From positions 462,158 to 526,157 of the forward strand of contig CAYRYE010000001.1 of assembly GCA_964428655.1 (NCBI GenBank): a DNA stretch of 64,000 bases, given 5' to 3'. Within the stretch, counting starts at the first letter, position 1. Each line of letters opens with the position of its first letter. Of the stretch, positions 50,717-58,997 are shown one piece after another. The notes under the pieces were generated by a model, which was given only the letters and a program-made list of their open reading frames with translations, had not been told where the DNA came from and ran no database searches. Source of the DNA: an uncultured Gammaproteobacteria bacterium. GTDB lineage: Bacteria > Patescibacteriota > Microgenomatia > UBA12405 > JAHJSD01. A program made the position numbers and the translations under genes.

Positions 50717-51768
50717 AAATTAATAATTTAAACGCAAGAAAAATTTTGAATTCAGCCGGCAACTGGACAATTGAATGCGCTCTAGGCGCAGAAGGGAATA
50801 AAACATCTACTGCCTCAGTGCCTCAAGGAATTTCTACTGGAAAGGACGAAAAGGAAATTGTTTCTTCAGATCAGGGAATTAATCAAATTAAGAATGAAAT
50901 TTTGCCAAAAGTTAAAAATCAAGACTTAAGCCAAGAAGAACTGGACAAAATTCTAGAGACTGGCTCCTGGGGAAGCAATGCCACCCTGGCAGTTTCAGCC
51001 GCCTTTTTCAAACTAAACATTCCGAGAGTGAAGGATAGAGAAATACCCCAATTAATGATGCTTATCTTTGAAGGAGAAAAGCATGGTAATCCTAATTTAA
51101 CTATTCAAGAGTTTATGCTGATAACTAATAAACTAGAGGAGGGGATTAGTTTTTACCAAAAAGCAAGCAGCTACTTGAAAAAACAAGGGCTCCTTGACAC
51201 TATTGGCAGTGAAGGGGGATTTTCCCCAGCAGAATTTAACGACGAAGATGTTTTAAATGTTATGAAAAGTTTAGGGGTTAAAAGAATTGCCCTTGATGTA
51301 GCCGGCAATATTAATCCCCCATCAGTCAACTCTCTCCTAGATATTGTGCGACGTTACCCAATTATGAGTTTAGAAGATCCGTTTCCGGAAAACAAACCGG
51401 ATCAATGGAAAGAGTTTCACATAAAGGCTGAAAAATTAAACCCTGAAATTTTAATCATTGCCGATGATTTAACTGTTACTGATGTTGAAAAAATTAAAAG
51501 CGGGGCAAAAGAAAATCTATTCAACGCAGTTGTTATTAAACCAAACCAACAGGGAACAATTACTGCCGCCGCAAAGGCATTGCAAACGGCCAAGAACCTG
51601 GGAATCAAAACAGTTGTTTCTCACCGGGGCGAAGAAACCAATGACACCTGGCTTGCTGATTTCGCCCTTGCTTTCAACGCTGACTATGCTAAGTTCGGTG
51701 CTCCAGCCAGGGGAGAAAGGGTAGCGAAGTACAATAAACTTTTAGGGCAGTCTTCTCCGAGGTCTTAA
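50713..51768 (+). CDS. eno: Enolase, shortened and divergent
   Basis: VPQGISTG, QEFM, EGGF, LDVA, EDP, DDL, KPNQ, SHR, ERVAKYN. Confidence 0.88.
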   Translation: MKINNLNARKILNSAGNWTIECALGAEGNKTSTASVPQGISTGKDEKEIVSSDQGINQIKNEILPKVKNQDLSQEELDKILETGSWGSNATLAVSAAFFKLNIPRVKDREIPQLMMLIFEGEKHGNPNLTIQEFMLITNKLEEGISFYQKASSYLKKQGLLDTIGSEGGFSPAEFNDEDVLNVMKSLGVKRIALDVAGNINPPSVNSLLDIVRRYPIMSLEDPFPENKPDQWKEFHIKAEKLNPEILIIADDLTVTDVEKIKSGAKENLFNAVVIKPNQQGTITAAAKALQTAKNLGIKTVVSHRGEETNDTWLADFALAFNADYAKFGAPARGERVAKYNKLLGQSSPRS

Positions 51769-51995
51769 GCCGCGAGGAAATTTACATTGACAATATCCCG
51801 GCCCAAGTCCGCAAATGCCATTAGTTTCTCTTAAACTTGAGCAGGAAAGAAGCCGTCTCCCTCCATCACTTTCTCATCTAACCCTAATTGCGGTGCCAGT
51901 GCCTGCTTTTTTTGCCGGTCCATGAGTTCCTGCCCCTAAACATTCTTCCGTTTTTTCTTCTTGCCCTTCCATTTCACGAAAACCTTACTAACTGC

Positions 51996-52667
51996 CTATT
52001 TAACAACGTATTCGGCATAATCTTCGCCCAAAGGATTTTCTTGAGTCAAAACATCAATTATTTCTAATTTTTCGAAATAAAGTCTGATTATTTTCATTGA
52101 GTTGCCATGACAAGATATGGCTATGTTTTCTCCCGTTTTTCTAATTCTTTTCACTAATTCCCGACAAAAAGGAAAAACTCTTTTTTTCACGTCTTTTAAA
52201 GACTCACCGCTGGGCGGCGGCACATCATAAAACCGACGAAATTTAACTGCTTTAACTAATTCTTCTTTCATTAATTTGACTTTATTTTTACCCGCAAGAC
52301 TACCATAATCTCTTTCAATAATCCGATTATCAACCTCATATTTAACTCGATGACCTCGTAGGGCTATTTGGGCCGTTTCTTTTGACCGAGAAAGACGGGA
52401 AACGATACAAACATCAATTCGCTTGTTGACCAATTTTTGGGCTAAAATTCTCGCCTGTTTTTTTCCTAAAGGAGTCAGTCTAGAATCTCGCCAACCGGAA
52501 AAGACCTTTCTTTTATTATCATAGCTTTCACCATGCCGAAAAACATATATTTCTGGATGGCGAGGCGATTCCTTTTTTGGTAAAGATCTTAGAACTCTGC
52601 CAGGGTTTAAAATAGAAGTAACTGCCGACCAGGTAATTCGAATAATACTATCAACTTTTGGTTTCAT
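51996..52667 (-). CDS. gpmA: Histidine phosphatase family, likely dPGM phosphoglycerate mutase
   Basis: RHGES..N...FSGW.D..L, ERDYGSL.G.NK, PP.GESLKD, HGNS. Confidence 0.8.
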   Translation of the reverse strand: MKPKVDSIIRITWSAVTSILNPGRVLRSLPKKESPRHPEIYVFRHGESYDNKRKVFSGWRDSRLTPLGKKQARILAQKLVNKRIDVCIVSRLSRSKETAQIALRGHRVKYEVDNRIIERDYGSLAGKNKVKLMKEELVKAVKFRRFYDVPPPSGESLKDVKKRVFPFCRELVKRIRKTGENIAISCHGNSMKIIRLYFEKLEIIDVLTQENPLGEDYAEYVVK

Positions 52668-53356
52668 CTTCCTAAGTAAAAAACAACTGTTAGTTCTCCT
52701 TTAATTTTCTTTTCTTCTTTTAATTCTAACAAAATTTTATCAATATTCCCACGGATAAACCGCTCGTGAATTTTGGTTATCTCTTGAGCAATAACAACAG
52801 GAATATTGCCAAACAAATTCTTAATTATTTCCAGACTCTTAATCACCCTGGTTGGCGCTTCATAAAAAACAACCGTGGGAATTAGCTTTCTATTAATCCC
52901 CATTACTTCTCTTAACAGCCTTTCCTTCCGTCCGTCTCTCTTGGGCAAAAAACCTAAAAAAACAAAATGATTTGAAGAAAAGCCAGAAGCAATCAAAGCG
53001 GAAAGCAGGGCTGAAGCGCCAGGAACAGGAATAACTTGAAAACCTTGGTTAATAACTTCTCTTACTAATTTATATCCCGGATCAGATAAAAGGGGAGTGC
53101 CGGCATTAGAAACCAAAGCAAGTGTTTTACCCTGCCCAAGCCAGTCAATCACCTTTGGAACCCTCTTTTCTTCATTTTCTTGATAAAAGGAAATTAACCG
53201 GCCTTTTCTTGGGCCAAATTTAATTAACATCCTGCCCGTTTTCTTGGTATCTTCGGCTAGAATCAAATCTACTTCCGATAGAATTTTTTTAGCTCGAATA
53301 GTGATATCATCTAAATTACCAATCGGAGTCGAGACTAAATAAAGTGTTCCAGCCAT
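52664..53356 (-). CDS. rsmI: 16S rRNA C1402 2'-O-methyltransferase
   Basis: LYLVSTPIGNLDDIT.RA, AEDT, AGTPLLSDPG, EITKIHE. Confidence 0.95.
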   Translation of the reverse strand: MAGTLYLVSTPIGNLDDITIRAKKILSEVDLILAEDTKKTGRMLIKFGPRKGRLISFYQENEEKRVPKVIDWLGQGKTLALVSNAGTPLLSDPGYKLVREVINQGFQVIPVPGASALLSALIASGFSSNHFVFLGFLPKRDGRKERLLREVMGINRKLIPTVVFYEAPTRVIKSLEIIKNLFGNIPVVIAQEITKIHERFIRGNIDKILLELKEEKKIKGELTVVFYLGR

Positions 53357-53391
53357 TTAATTCGGTTTATATGTAATAATAAAATTAAACA

Positions 53392-55152
53392 ATGCGGCGC
53401 CTAACGTATATTTTAACAAATTTTCTTTCTCTAATTTTAATTATCTTTTCCATATCGGTTTCGAACGCCGAGGCTAGTTTGGAATTTGAAACAAAACAGG
53501 AAATTGTCTATGAAATCGGCCCCCGAGGTGATGCCAAGGTCAGTCAAGAAATATCCCTGATTAACAACTTCTCCAATATCTATCCCCAAGAATACCATCT
53601 TCAAATAAATGATATTAAGATAAAAAATATTACTGCCACTGATTTTGTTGGCAGTATTGTTAAAGAAATAATCGAGAGTCTAGATAAAACTACTATAAAA
53701 TTAAGGTTTAATCAGGAAAAAATAGGAAAGGGGAAAGTGACTGATTTCAAAATCACTTATTACCTGCCTCAGTTTGCCGTCAGAAGAGGACAGATTTGGG
53801 AAATGGTTATTCCCAACCTAGACAATATTGAGGAAATTGATAGTCTAATTTTAAAAATAAAAGCGCCCACTTCTTTTAGTAATTTAGCCTATTCCTCAAT
53901 CTCACCAAGTAGCCAGGAAGAAATAGAAAAATATCAATTAATTTCATATCAAAAATCCAAATTAGGTAAAAAACCTTTAGTGCTGGCTTTTGGTGACTTC
54001 CAAATCTTTGATTTCTCTTTAAATTTTTTCCTTAACAATCAAGAAATAAAAACAACCAAAGTGGAAGTGCCCATTCCCCCAGATACGGCCTATCAATCGG
54101 TTTTCCTAACTTCAATTGACCCCCCGCCCAGCAGAATTAAGCTTGATAATGATTACAACTGGCTCGCCGAATATCTTCTTTCTCCTGGTGAAACGAAAAC
54201 TATCACTGTTCGCGGCCAGGCCAAAATCTTCTCCCAAGCCAACAATCAAACGTTCACAAATGCCAGTCAATTTCAAAATACTGGTCTCTACTTAAAGGAA
54301 GATCTCTATTGGGAAACAAATAGTTCGCTAATCAAGAATTTGGCCCGTCAATATAACACCCCTCTTAAAATCTATAACTTCGTTACCAATGTTCTGGAAT
54401 ATGATTATGAAAATTTAAATAAACCTGAAAGAGTTGGCGCCCTAAAAGCATACCAGCAGAAAAAAGGTGTTTGTACGGAATTCAGTGATCTCTTTGTGGC
54501 CCTGGCTCGATCAGCCGGCATCCCCGCCAGAGAACTGGAAGGATTCGCCTTTACCAACAATCAAAAACTTACCCTGCTGGCTGCCAGTAGCGATGTCCTT
54601 CATTCCTGGGTGGAATACTGGGATTCAGGAAAAAAACTTTGGATTCCTGCTGATCCAACCTGGTCTAAAACTACCAATGGCATTGACTTTATTGATAACT
54701 TTGATTTGGGTCACTTTGTTTTTGTGATTCATGGTCAAAGCAGTACCAAACCAGCTCCTCCGGGTTTTTATAAAACCAACTATCAACAAAAAAATGTCGA
54801 TGTTCAATTTGCTAATAAATTACTACCCTTGCCAAAAGGTGAATTAAGCGTCAAGCTGGAAAACCTTCAAGATAATCTAAAACTTATTATCAAAAATGAA
54901 AGTCTGGCTCCAGCCTATAACGTTCAAGTTGCTTTAATGGGTTGGCGGAAAAAGAAATTAGAAAAAAGAGAAATAGTTCTCATGCCCCCATTAGGAGAAG
55001 AGGGGATTGAAATAAGCCGCCCCAACATTATCACCAGGATTTTTACCAAGCCTGTTTATCACCTCCAAATCAACGATTCCCTTTTTGAGGTTGATTATTC
55101 CAAGTCTAAATTGAACTTTTTATCGTTTTTTGCTAATCTACTCAAGAGGTGA
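53392..55152 (+). CDS. Secreted transglutaminase-like domain protein
   Basis: Signal peptide; GVCTEFS..FVALARSAGIPAR, HSWVE, DPTW (Cys-His-Asp). Confidence 0.88.
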   Translation: MRRLTYILTNFLSLILIIFSISVSNAEASLEFETKQEIVYEIGPRGDAKVSQEISLINNFSNIYPQEYHLQINDIKIKNITATDFVGSIVKEIIESLDKTTIKLRFNQEKIGKGKVTDFKITYYLPQFAVRRGQIWEMVIPNLDNIEEIDSLILKIKAPTSFSNLAYSSISPSSQEEIEKYQLISYQKSKLGKKPLVLAFGDFQIFDFSLNFFLNNQEIKTTKVEVPIPPDTAYQSVFLTSIDPPPSRIKLDNDYNWLAEYLLSPGETKTITVRGQAKIFSQANNQTFTNASQFQNTGLYLKEDLYWETNSSLIKNLARQYNTPLKIYNFVTNVLEYDYENLNKPERVGALKAYQQKKGVCTEFSDLFVALARSAGIPARELEGFAFTNNQKLTLLAASSDVLHSWVEYWDSGKKLWIPADPTWSKTTNGIDFIDNFDLGHFVFVIHGQSSTKPAPPGFYKTNYQQKNVDVQFANKLLPLPKGELSVKLENLQDNLKLIIKNESLAPAYNVQVALMGWRKKKLEKREIVLMPPLGEEGIEISRPNIITRIFTKPVYHLQINDSLFEVDYSKSKLNFLSFFANLLKR

Positions 55153-55553
55153 AAAAATTACTAAGGAGACTGGTTTCAAGCATCATTGCTCTGAAGACAA
55201 CTAGCCTAATCATGCCGATTATTTCCTTTGAGGAAGGTTTTAAAACTTTATTTCTCACTGCTTTTGCCTTAACTGCTTTCGAATATCTCTTGAAGCCAAT
55301 TGCCAAGCTCTTGTTTCTACCCATTAATATCCTTACATTGGGAACACTAAGATGGGTAATCAATGTTATTGGATTTTATCTAGTGACTATTTTTATTAAA
55401 GGATTCTCTATTACTTCCTATCAATTCCCAGGAAGTAATTGGCAGGGATTTATCATCCCGGCAATTAACTGTTCTCTACTATTCACTTATATAATTGCGG
55501 CGCTGGTAATAAATTTAATCATTACCTCTCTGGGCTGGATCTTTAAGAAGTGA
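55149..55553 (+). CDS. 4-TM phage holin family (DUF360-like) membrane protein
   Basis: KPI.KLL.LPINILTLG...VIN motif. Confidence 0.8.
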   Translation: MKKLLRRLVSSIIALKTTSLIMPIISFEEGFKTLFLTAFALTAFEYLLKPIAKLLFLPINILTLGTLRWVINVIGFYLVTIFIKGFSITSYQFPGSNWQGFIIPAINCSLLFTYIIAALVINLIITSLGWIFKK

Positions 55554-55759
55554 AAAAAATAATCTTAATCAGTCAAATAATTACTTCCATTGTATTGGTC
55601 CTAATGATTTTGCTGCATCCTTCATCAGAGAGCAGCAGCCGACTTTCCTTAATCCAGCCAAAATTTAGTCGAAGAGGAGTTGAAAAATTTACTTTCATCA
55701 TCACCATCGCCCTTCTCATAATCTTCTTAGGATTGTCTCTTATTCAGCTATTAGTATGA
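55550..55759 (+). CDS. secG: Preprotein translocase subunit SecG
   Basis: Two TM helices, ILL., RRGVEK...IT. Confidence 0.75.
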   Translation: MKKIILISQIITSIVLVLMILLHPSSESSSRLSLIQPKFSRRGVEKFTFIITIALLIIFLGLSLIQLLV

Positions 55760-57099
55760 TTAAAAAAATAAACTTTTGGTTCAGGTTCCTAACTCAACTG
55801 CTTAAAAGATATGGCCTCCTTCTAACGGCTGGTATTCTAACCGGGGCAGGCCTCTTTTTAGCCGCCAACAGGCTGATTTTATTAGCATCCAGACTCCTGC
55901 CCAAAACCAAAAAAATAGGTATTGTCGGCAAATACAACTTGTCCACCCTACCGCCTCGGATTTCCCACCTGATCAGTTACGGCCTAACAGAAATACTGCC
56001 CAACAGCCGAGCTACTAGTTCACCAATTATCTCCGGCTGGACAATTAAGCCAGAAGGAAAAGAATATATCTTTTTCCTAAATCCTAATACTAGATGGCAG
56101 GATGAGACAAAACTCACTGCCAATCAAATAAATTACCAAATAAGCGGAGCTGAAGTTTCAGCAATAGAAAAAGGGGTAAAAATTTCACTTAAGTCATCAT
56201 TCGCCCCTTTACTTTCCTTTCTCAACCAGCCAATATTTAAAAATAATCAAATCGGTCTTGGCCCCCATAAAATCAAAAAAATTAATATAAAAGGGGGCAA
56301 TTTTTCTTCATTACTGCTAGCCAACACTAATAATCTAAAAGAGCGGACATTGTTCAGATTTTATCCTAATGAAAAAGAACTAATTACTGCCTTTAAACTA
56401 AGCGAAATAAGCGAGGCCTGGGAAATATCTGATATTGAGACATTTTCTTCTTGGCAAAATGTCTCTATCAAAACTGAAAGGGCCAACATTCAAAAATATG
56501 TAGCCCTATTTTTTAACACCAGAAAAGATCCTTTTTCATCAAAAAGGATCCGTCAAGGGTTATCTTATGCTATTCAAAAACCACTTAAAACTGATAGGGC
56601 CATAAGTCCAATTTCCCCATCCTCCTGGGCTTATAATGAGAAAGTGAAGACTTACAGATTTGATCCTGATCACGCTAAAAACATTTTAGAAAAAGAGGAT
56701 TGGGAACCAGAGGAGGATTTCAGCATTCAGCTATACACCCTGCCCCAATTTTTAGGTTGGGCAGAAAAGATTCAAAAAGATTGGCAAGAAAATCTAAATA
56801 TTTCTTCGGAAATTCACGTTTCGAGTTTTATTCCCAATCAAGAGGATTTTGATGTTTTTCTAGGTTTTGGAATAATTCCTTCTGATCCTGATCAATACTT
56901 TTTCTGGCACTCAACCCAACATGGAAACTTAACAGGAATCAATAGTCCTCGAATTGACCAATTATTAGAAAAAGGAAGAAAGACTATTGATCTAGAAGAA
57001 AGAAAACAGATTTATTATGAATTTCAAAGGGCTCTTTCGGAAGAAGTGGCAGCGGTATTTCTTTTTTATCTGCCAAGCTATACTATCAGTAAAAATTAA
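55756..57099 (+). CDS. ABC transporter substrate-binding protein, family 5
   Basis: Y.F.L....WQD, FFNT, RQ.LSYAI, DPDQYFFWHS, ERKQIYYEFQ. Confidence 0.85.
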   Translation: MIKKINFWFRFLTQLLKRYGLLLTAGILTGAGLFLAANRLILLASRLLPKTKKIGIVGKYNLSTLPPRISHLISYGLTEILPNSRATSSPIISGWTIKPEGKEYIFFLNPNTRWQDETKLTANQINYQISGAEVSAIEKGVKISLKSSFAPLLSFLNQPIFKNNQIGLGPHKIKKINIKGGNFSSLLLANTNNLKERTLFRFYPNEKELITAFKLSEISEAWEISDIETFSSWQNVSIKTERANIQKYVALFFNTRKDPFSSKRIRQGLSYAIQKPLKTDRAISPISPSSWAYNEKVKTYRFDPDHAKNILEKEDWEPEEDFSIQLYTLPQFLGWAEKIQKDWQENLNISSEIHVSSFIPNQEDFDVFLGFGIIPSDPDQYFFWHSTQHGNLTGINSPRIDQLLEKGRKTIDLEERKQIYYEFQRALSEEVAAVFLFYLPSYTISKN

Positions 57100-57179
57100 A
57101 TATTATTTCCGAAAATCTTGTCTCTACCTGATCTATTTGGTAAACTTCAATATACTTTGAAAACTAAGCCAAAATATTA

Positions 57180-57264
57180 GCCAGAGTGCTGGAATTGGCA
57201 GACAGGCACGCCTCAGAAGTGTGTGCCCTTTATGGGTGTGAGGGTTCGACTCCCTCCTCTGGCA
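57180..57264 (+). tRNA. tRNA-Leu(CAG)
   Basis: Acceptor GCCAGAG/CTCTGGC, loop CTCAGAA, long variable arm. Confidence 0.95.
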
Positions 57265-57320
57265 CAAAAGGTAAATCGCCAGTTCAAAAGCCAGAGAAAA
57301 AAATTATTTAATGAAAGAGG

Positions 57321-57518
57321 GTGAAGAAGGTGGTGCGAGAGCAATCTGTAGTCCTAGGGGTTAGAGAACTAAAACTCCTGACTGGAGAAAAACGTAAACT
57401 TGAAGAGCATAAAAGATTAGCTCATAGGGGAAAAGTTTCTCAGCGTTGCCGTGAATGTCAAACTCGCCAAGCAAGAATTAGAACAAGCGAGGGAAGTATA
57501 GAGAGGCTGCGAGCCTAA
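57321..57518 (+). CDS. Small basic hypothetical protein inside the tRNA cluster
   Basis: GAGGGTG SD-like before GTG 57330; H-x4-H-x7-CxxC pattern. Confidence 0.4.
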   Translation: MKKVVREQSVVLGVRELKLLTGEKRKLEEHKRLAHRGKVSQRCRECQTRQARIRTSEGSIERLRA

Positions 57519-57569
57519 CGGCTAAAAATAGTCGATTTAAGCGTAAAGAGAGCACCCTAGAGTTCTAAA

Positions 57570-57642
57570 GCCGAGGTAGCCAAGGTGGTTACGGCGCGAG
57601 TCTGAAAAACTTGAGATGACGGTTCAACTCCGTCCCTCGGCA
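57570..57642 (+). tRNA. tRNA-Phe(GAA)
   Basis: Acceptor GCCGAGG/CCTCGGC, loop CTGAAAA. Confidence 0.93.
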
Positions 57643-57661
57643 CAATTTCCCTAAACTATAG

Positions 57662-57732
57662 GCGGGATTAGTTGAGTGGTTCAATTCCACCCTTCCAAGG
57701 TGGCGACGCGGGTTCGATTCCCGCATCCCGCT
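57662..57732 (+). tRNA. tRNA-Gly(TCC)
   Basis: Acceptor GCGGGAT/ATCCCGC, U73, loop CTTCCAA. Confidence 0.93.
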
Positions 57733-57736
57733 CCGT

Positions 57737-57812
57737 GGTGAGCGTAGCTCAATGGTAGAGCGCCTGCCTGTGAAGCAGGTGGTTGAGGGTTCGATTCCCT
57801 TCGCTCACCCCA
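57737..57812 (+). tRNA. tRNA-His(GTG)
   Basis: Encoded G-1:C73, loop CTGTGAA, encoded CCA. Confidence 0.95.
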
Positions 57813-57825
57813 GGCGATCGTCATT

Positions 57826-57899
57826 GCGCGTGTAGCTCAGTTGGTCAGAGCATTGCGTTTACATCGCAGAGGTCCCTGGTTCGAGTCCAGGCACGCGCA
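57826..57899 (+). tRNA. tRNA-Val(TAC)
   Basis: Acceptor GCGCGTG/CACGCGC, loop TTTACAT. Confidence 0.95.
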
Positions 57900-57923
57900 C
57901 AAAAAGCCGAGGTATTTATAATA

Positions 57924-58007
57924 GCCGAGGTGCTGGAATTGGCAGACAGGCAGCGTTGAGGACGCTGTGTTCGCAAGAGCGTGGGGGTTCAAATCCCCCC
58001 CTCGGCA
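57924..58007 (+). tRNA. tRNA-Leu(GAG)
   Basis: Acceptor GCCGAGG/CCTCGGC, loop TTGAGGA, long variable arm. Confidence 0.95.
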
Positions 58008-58011
58008 CTAA

Positions 58012-58085
58012 CGGGGATTGGCGCAGTTGGCTAGCGCGCACGCTTTGGGAGCGTGAGGTCGCCGGTTCGAATCCGGCATCCCCGA
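58012..58085 (+). tRNA. tRNA-Pro(TGG)
   Basis: Acceptor CGGGGAT/ATCCCCG, loop TTTGGGA. Confidence 0.95.
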
Positions 58086-58095
58086 CAAAGAAAGA

Positions 58096-58166
58096 TCGGG
58101 GGTCGTCTAAGGGTAGGACGGCAGTCTTTGGAACTGCCAATCGTGGTTCGAATCCACGCCCCCGAA
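58096..58166 (+). tRNA. tRNA-Gln(TTG)
   Basis: Acceptor TCGGGGG/CCCCCGA with U1-A72 (GatCAB determinant), loop CTTTGGA. Confidence 0.93.
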
Positions 58167-58221
58167 CAAAATTGCGATTCCTAGAACATTTTTGATAAAA
58201 TATCTTAAACTAAGATAACTA

Positions 58222-58563
58222 ATGAAAAGAGTTTCGAATAAAGTTGTTAGGTTGGCCAAATGGATAGCAGGAAGTTGGTGGGGAGTTGTTCTTCATACTG
58301 CCTGGTTCACTGCTTGGTTAATCTATGATTTTAACATTAACATCTTAACACTAGCAGTCTCTCTGGAGGCAATTTTCATTGGCATTTTTCTCTTGATGGC
58401 CTCTGACCGAGCCGAAACAACCAGAGACAAAAGAGAGGCAGCGGCTCAAAAACGAGCCACTGATATTGTTGAAAATATTTTTGATCTAGAAACAAAAATC
58501 GAGAAACAGCAGCAGCAAATTTTAAAAATACTTATTGACAAAAAAATAAAGAGGGAAAATTAG
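58222..58563 (+). CDS. DUF1003-like membrane protein
   Basis: GSW....H..WF.W, LTLAVSLEAIF..IF.LM...R. Confidence 0.82.
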   Translation: MKRVSNKVVRLAKWIAGSWWGVVLHTAWFTAWLIYDFNINILTLAVSLEAIFIGIFLLMASDRAETTRDKREAAAQKRATDIVENIFDLETKIEKQQQQILKILIDKKIKREN

Positions 58564-58647
58564 CCGCGGTGCTGGAATTGGCAGACAGGCTGGACTTAAA
58601 ATCCTGTGCCCCTTTGGGGCGTGAGGGTTCGACTCCCTCCCGCGGCA
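58563..58647 (+). tRNA. tRNA-Leu(TAA)
   Basis: Acceptor GCCGCGG/CCGCGGC, loop CTTAAAA; G1 is the G of the upstream TAG stop. Confidence 0.92.
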
Positions 58648-58673
58648 CCGAAGTTACTTGTTAAAACAGGAAA

Positions 58674-58997
58674 ATGGTTCAAGAATTTACTGATCAAAAT
58701 TTTGAAGAACAGGTTCTAAAAGCTAATAAGCCTGTTCTGGTTGATTTCTGGGCAGTTTGGTGTGGTCCCTGCCAAATGATGACTCCTGTCATCGAAGAAT
58801 TATCTGACGAAATGGATGGCAAGGCTATCGTGGGAAAACTAAATGTGGATAGTAATCCAATTACCAGCCAAAAATATGAAATTATGAGTATCCCTAGTTT
58901 ACTCATTTTCCTCAAGGGGAAAGTGGTCGAGCAAATCGTTGGTCTTCAGCCAAAAGAAGTGATAAAAGAAAAATTGGATAAAGTTATTACTTCTTGA
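58674..58997 (+). CDS. trxA: Thioredoxin
   Basis: VDFWAVWCGPC, SIP. Confidence 0.96.
   Translation: MVQEFTDQNFEEQVLKANKPVLVDFWAVWCGPCQMMTPVIEELSDEMDGKAIVGKLNVDSNPITSQKYEIMSIPSLLIFLKGKVVEQIVGLQPKEVIKEKLDKVITS

Noticed and set aside
55149-55553. Prophage suggested by the holin-family gene
   Set aside because: This family commonly occurs alone on chromosomes; no other phage genes nearby
57916-58195. Two 74-79 aa ORFs
   Set aside because: Overlap tRNA-Leu/Pro/Gln
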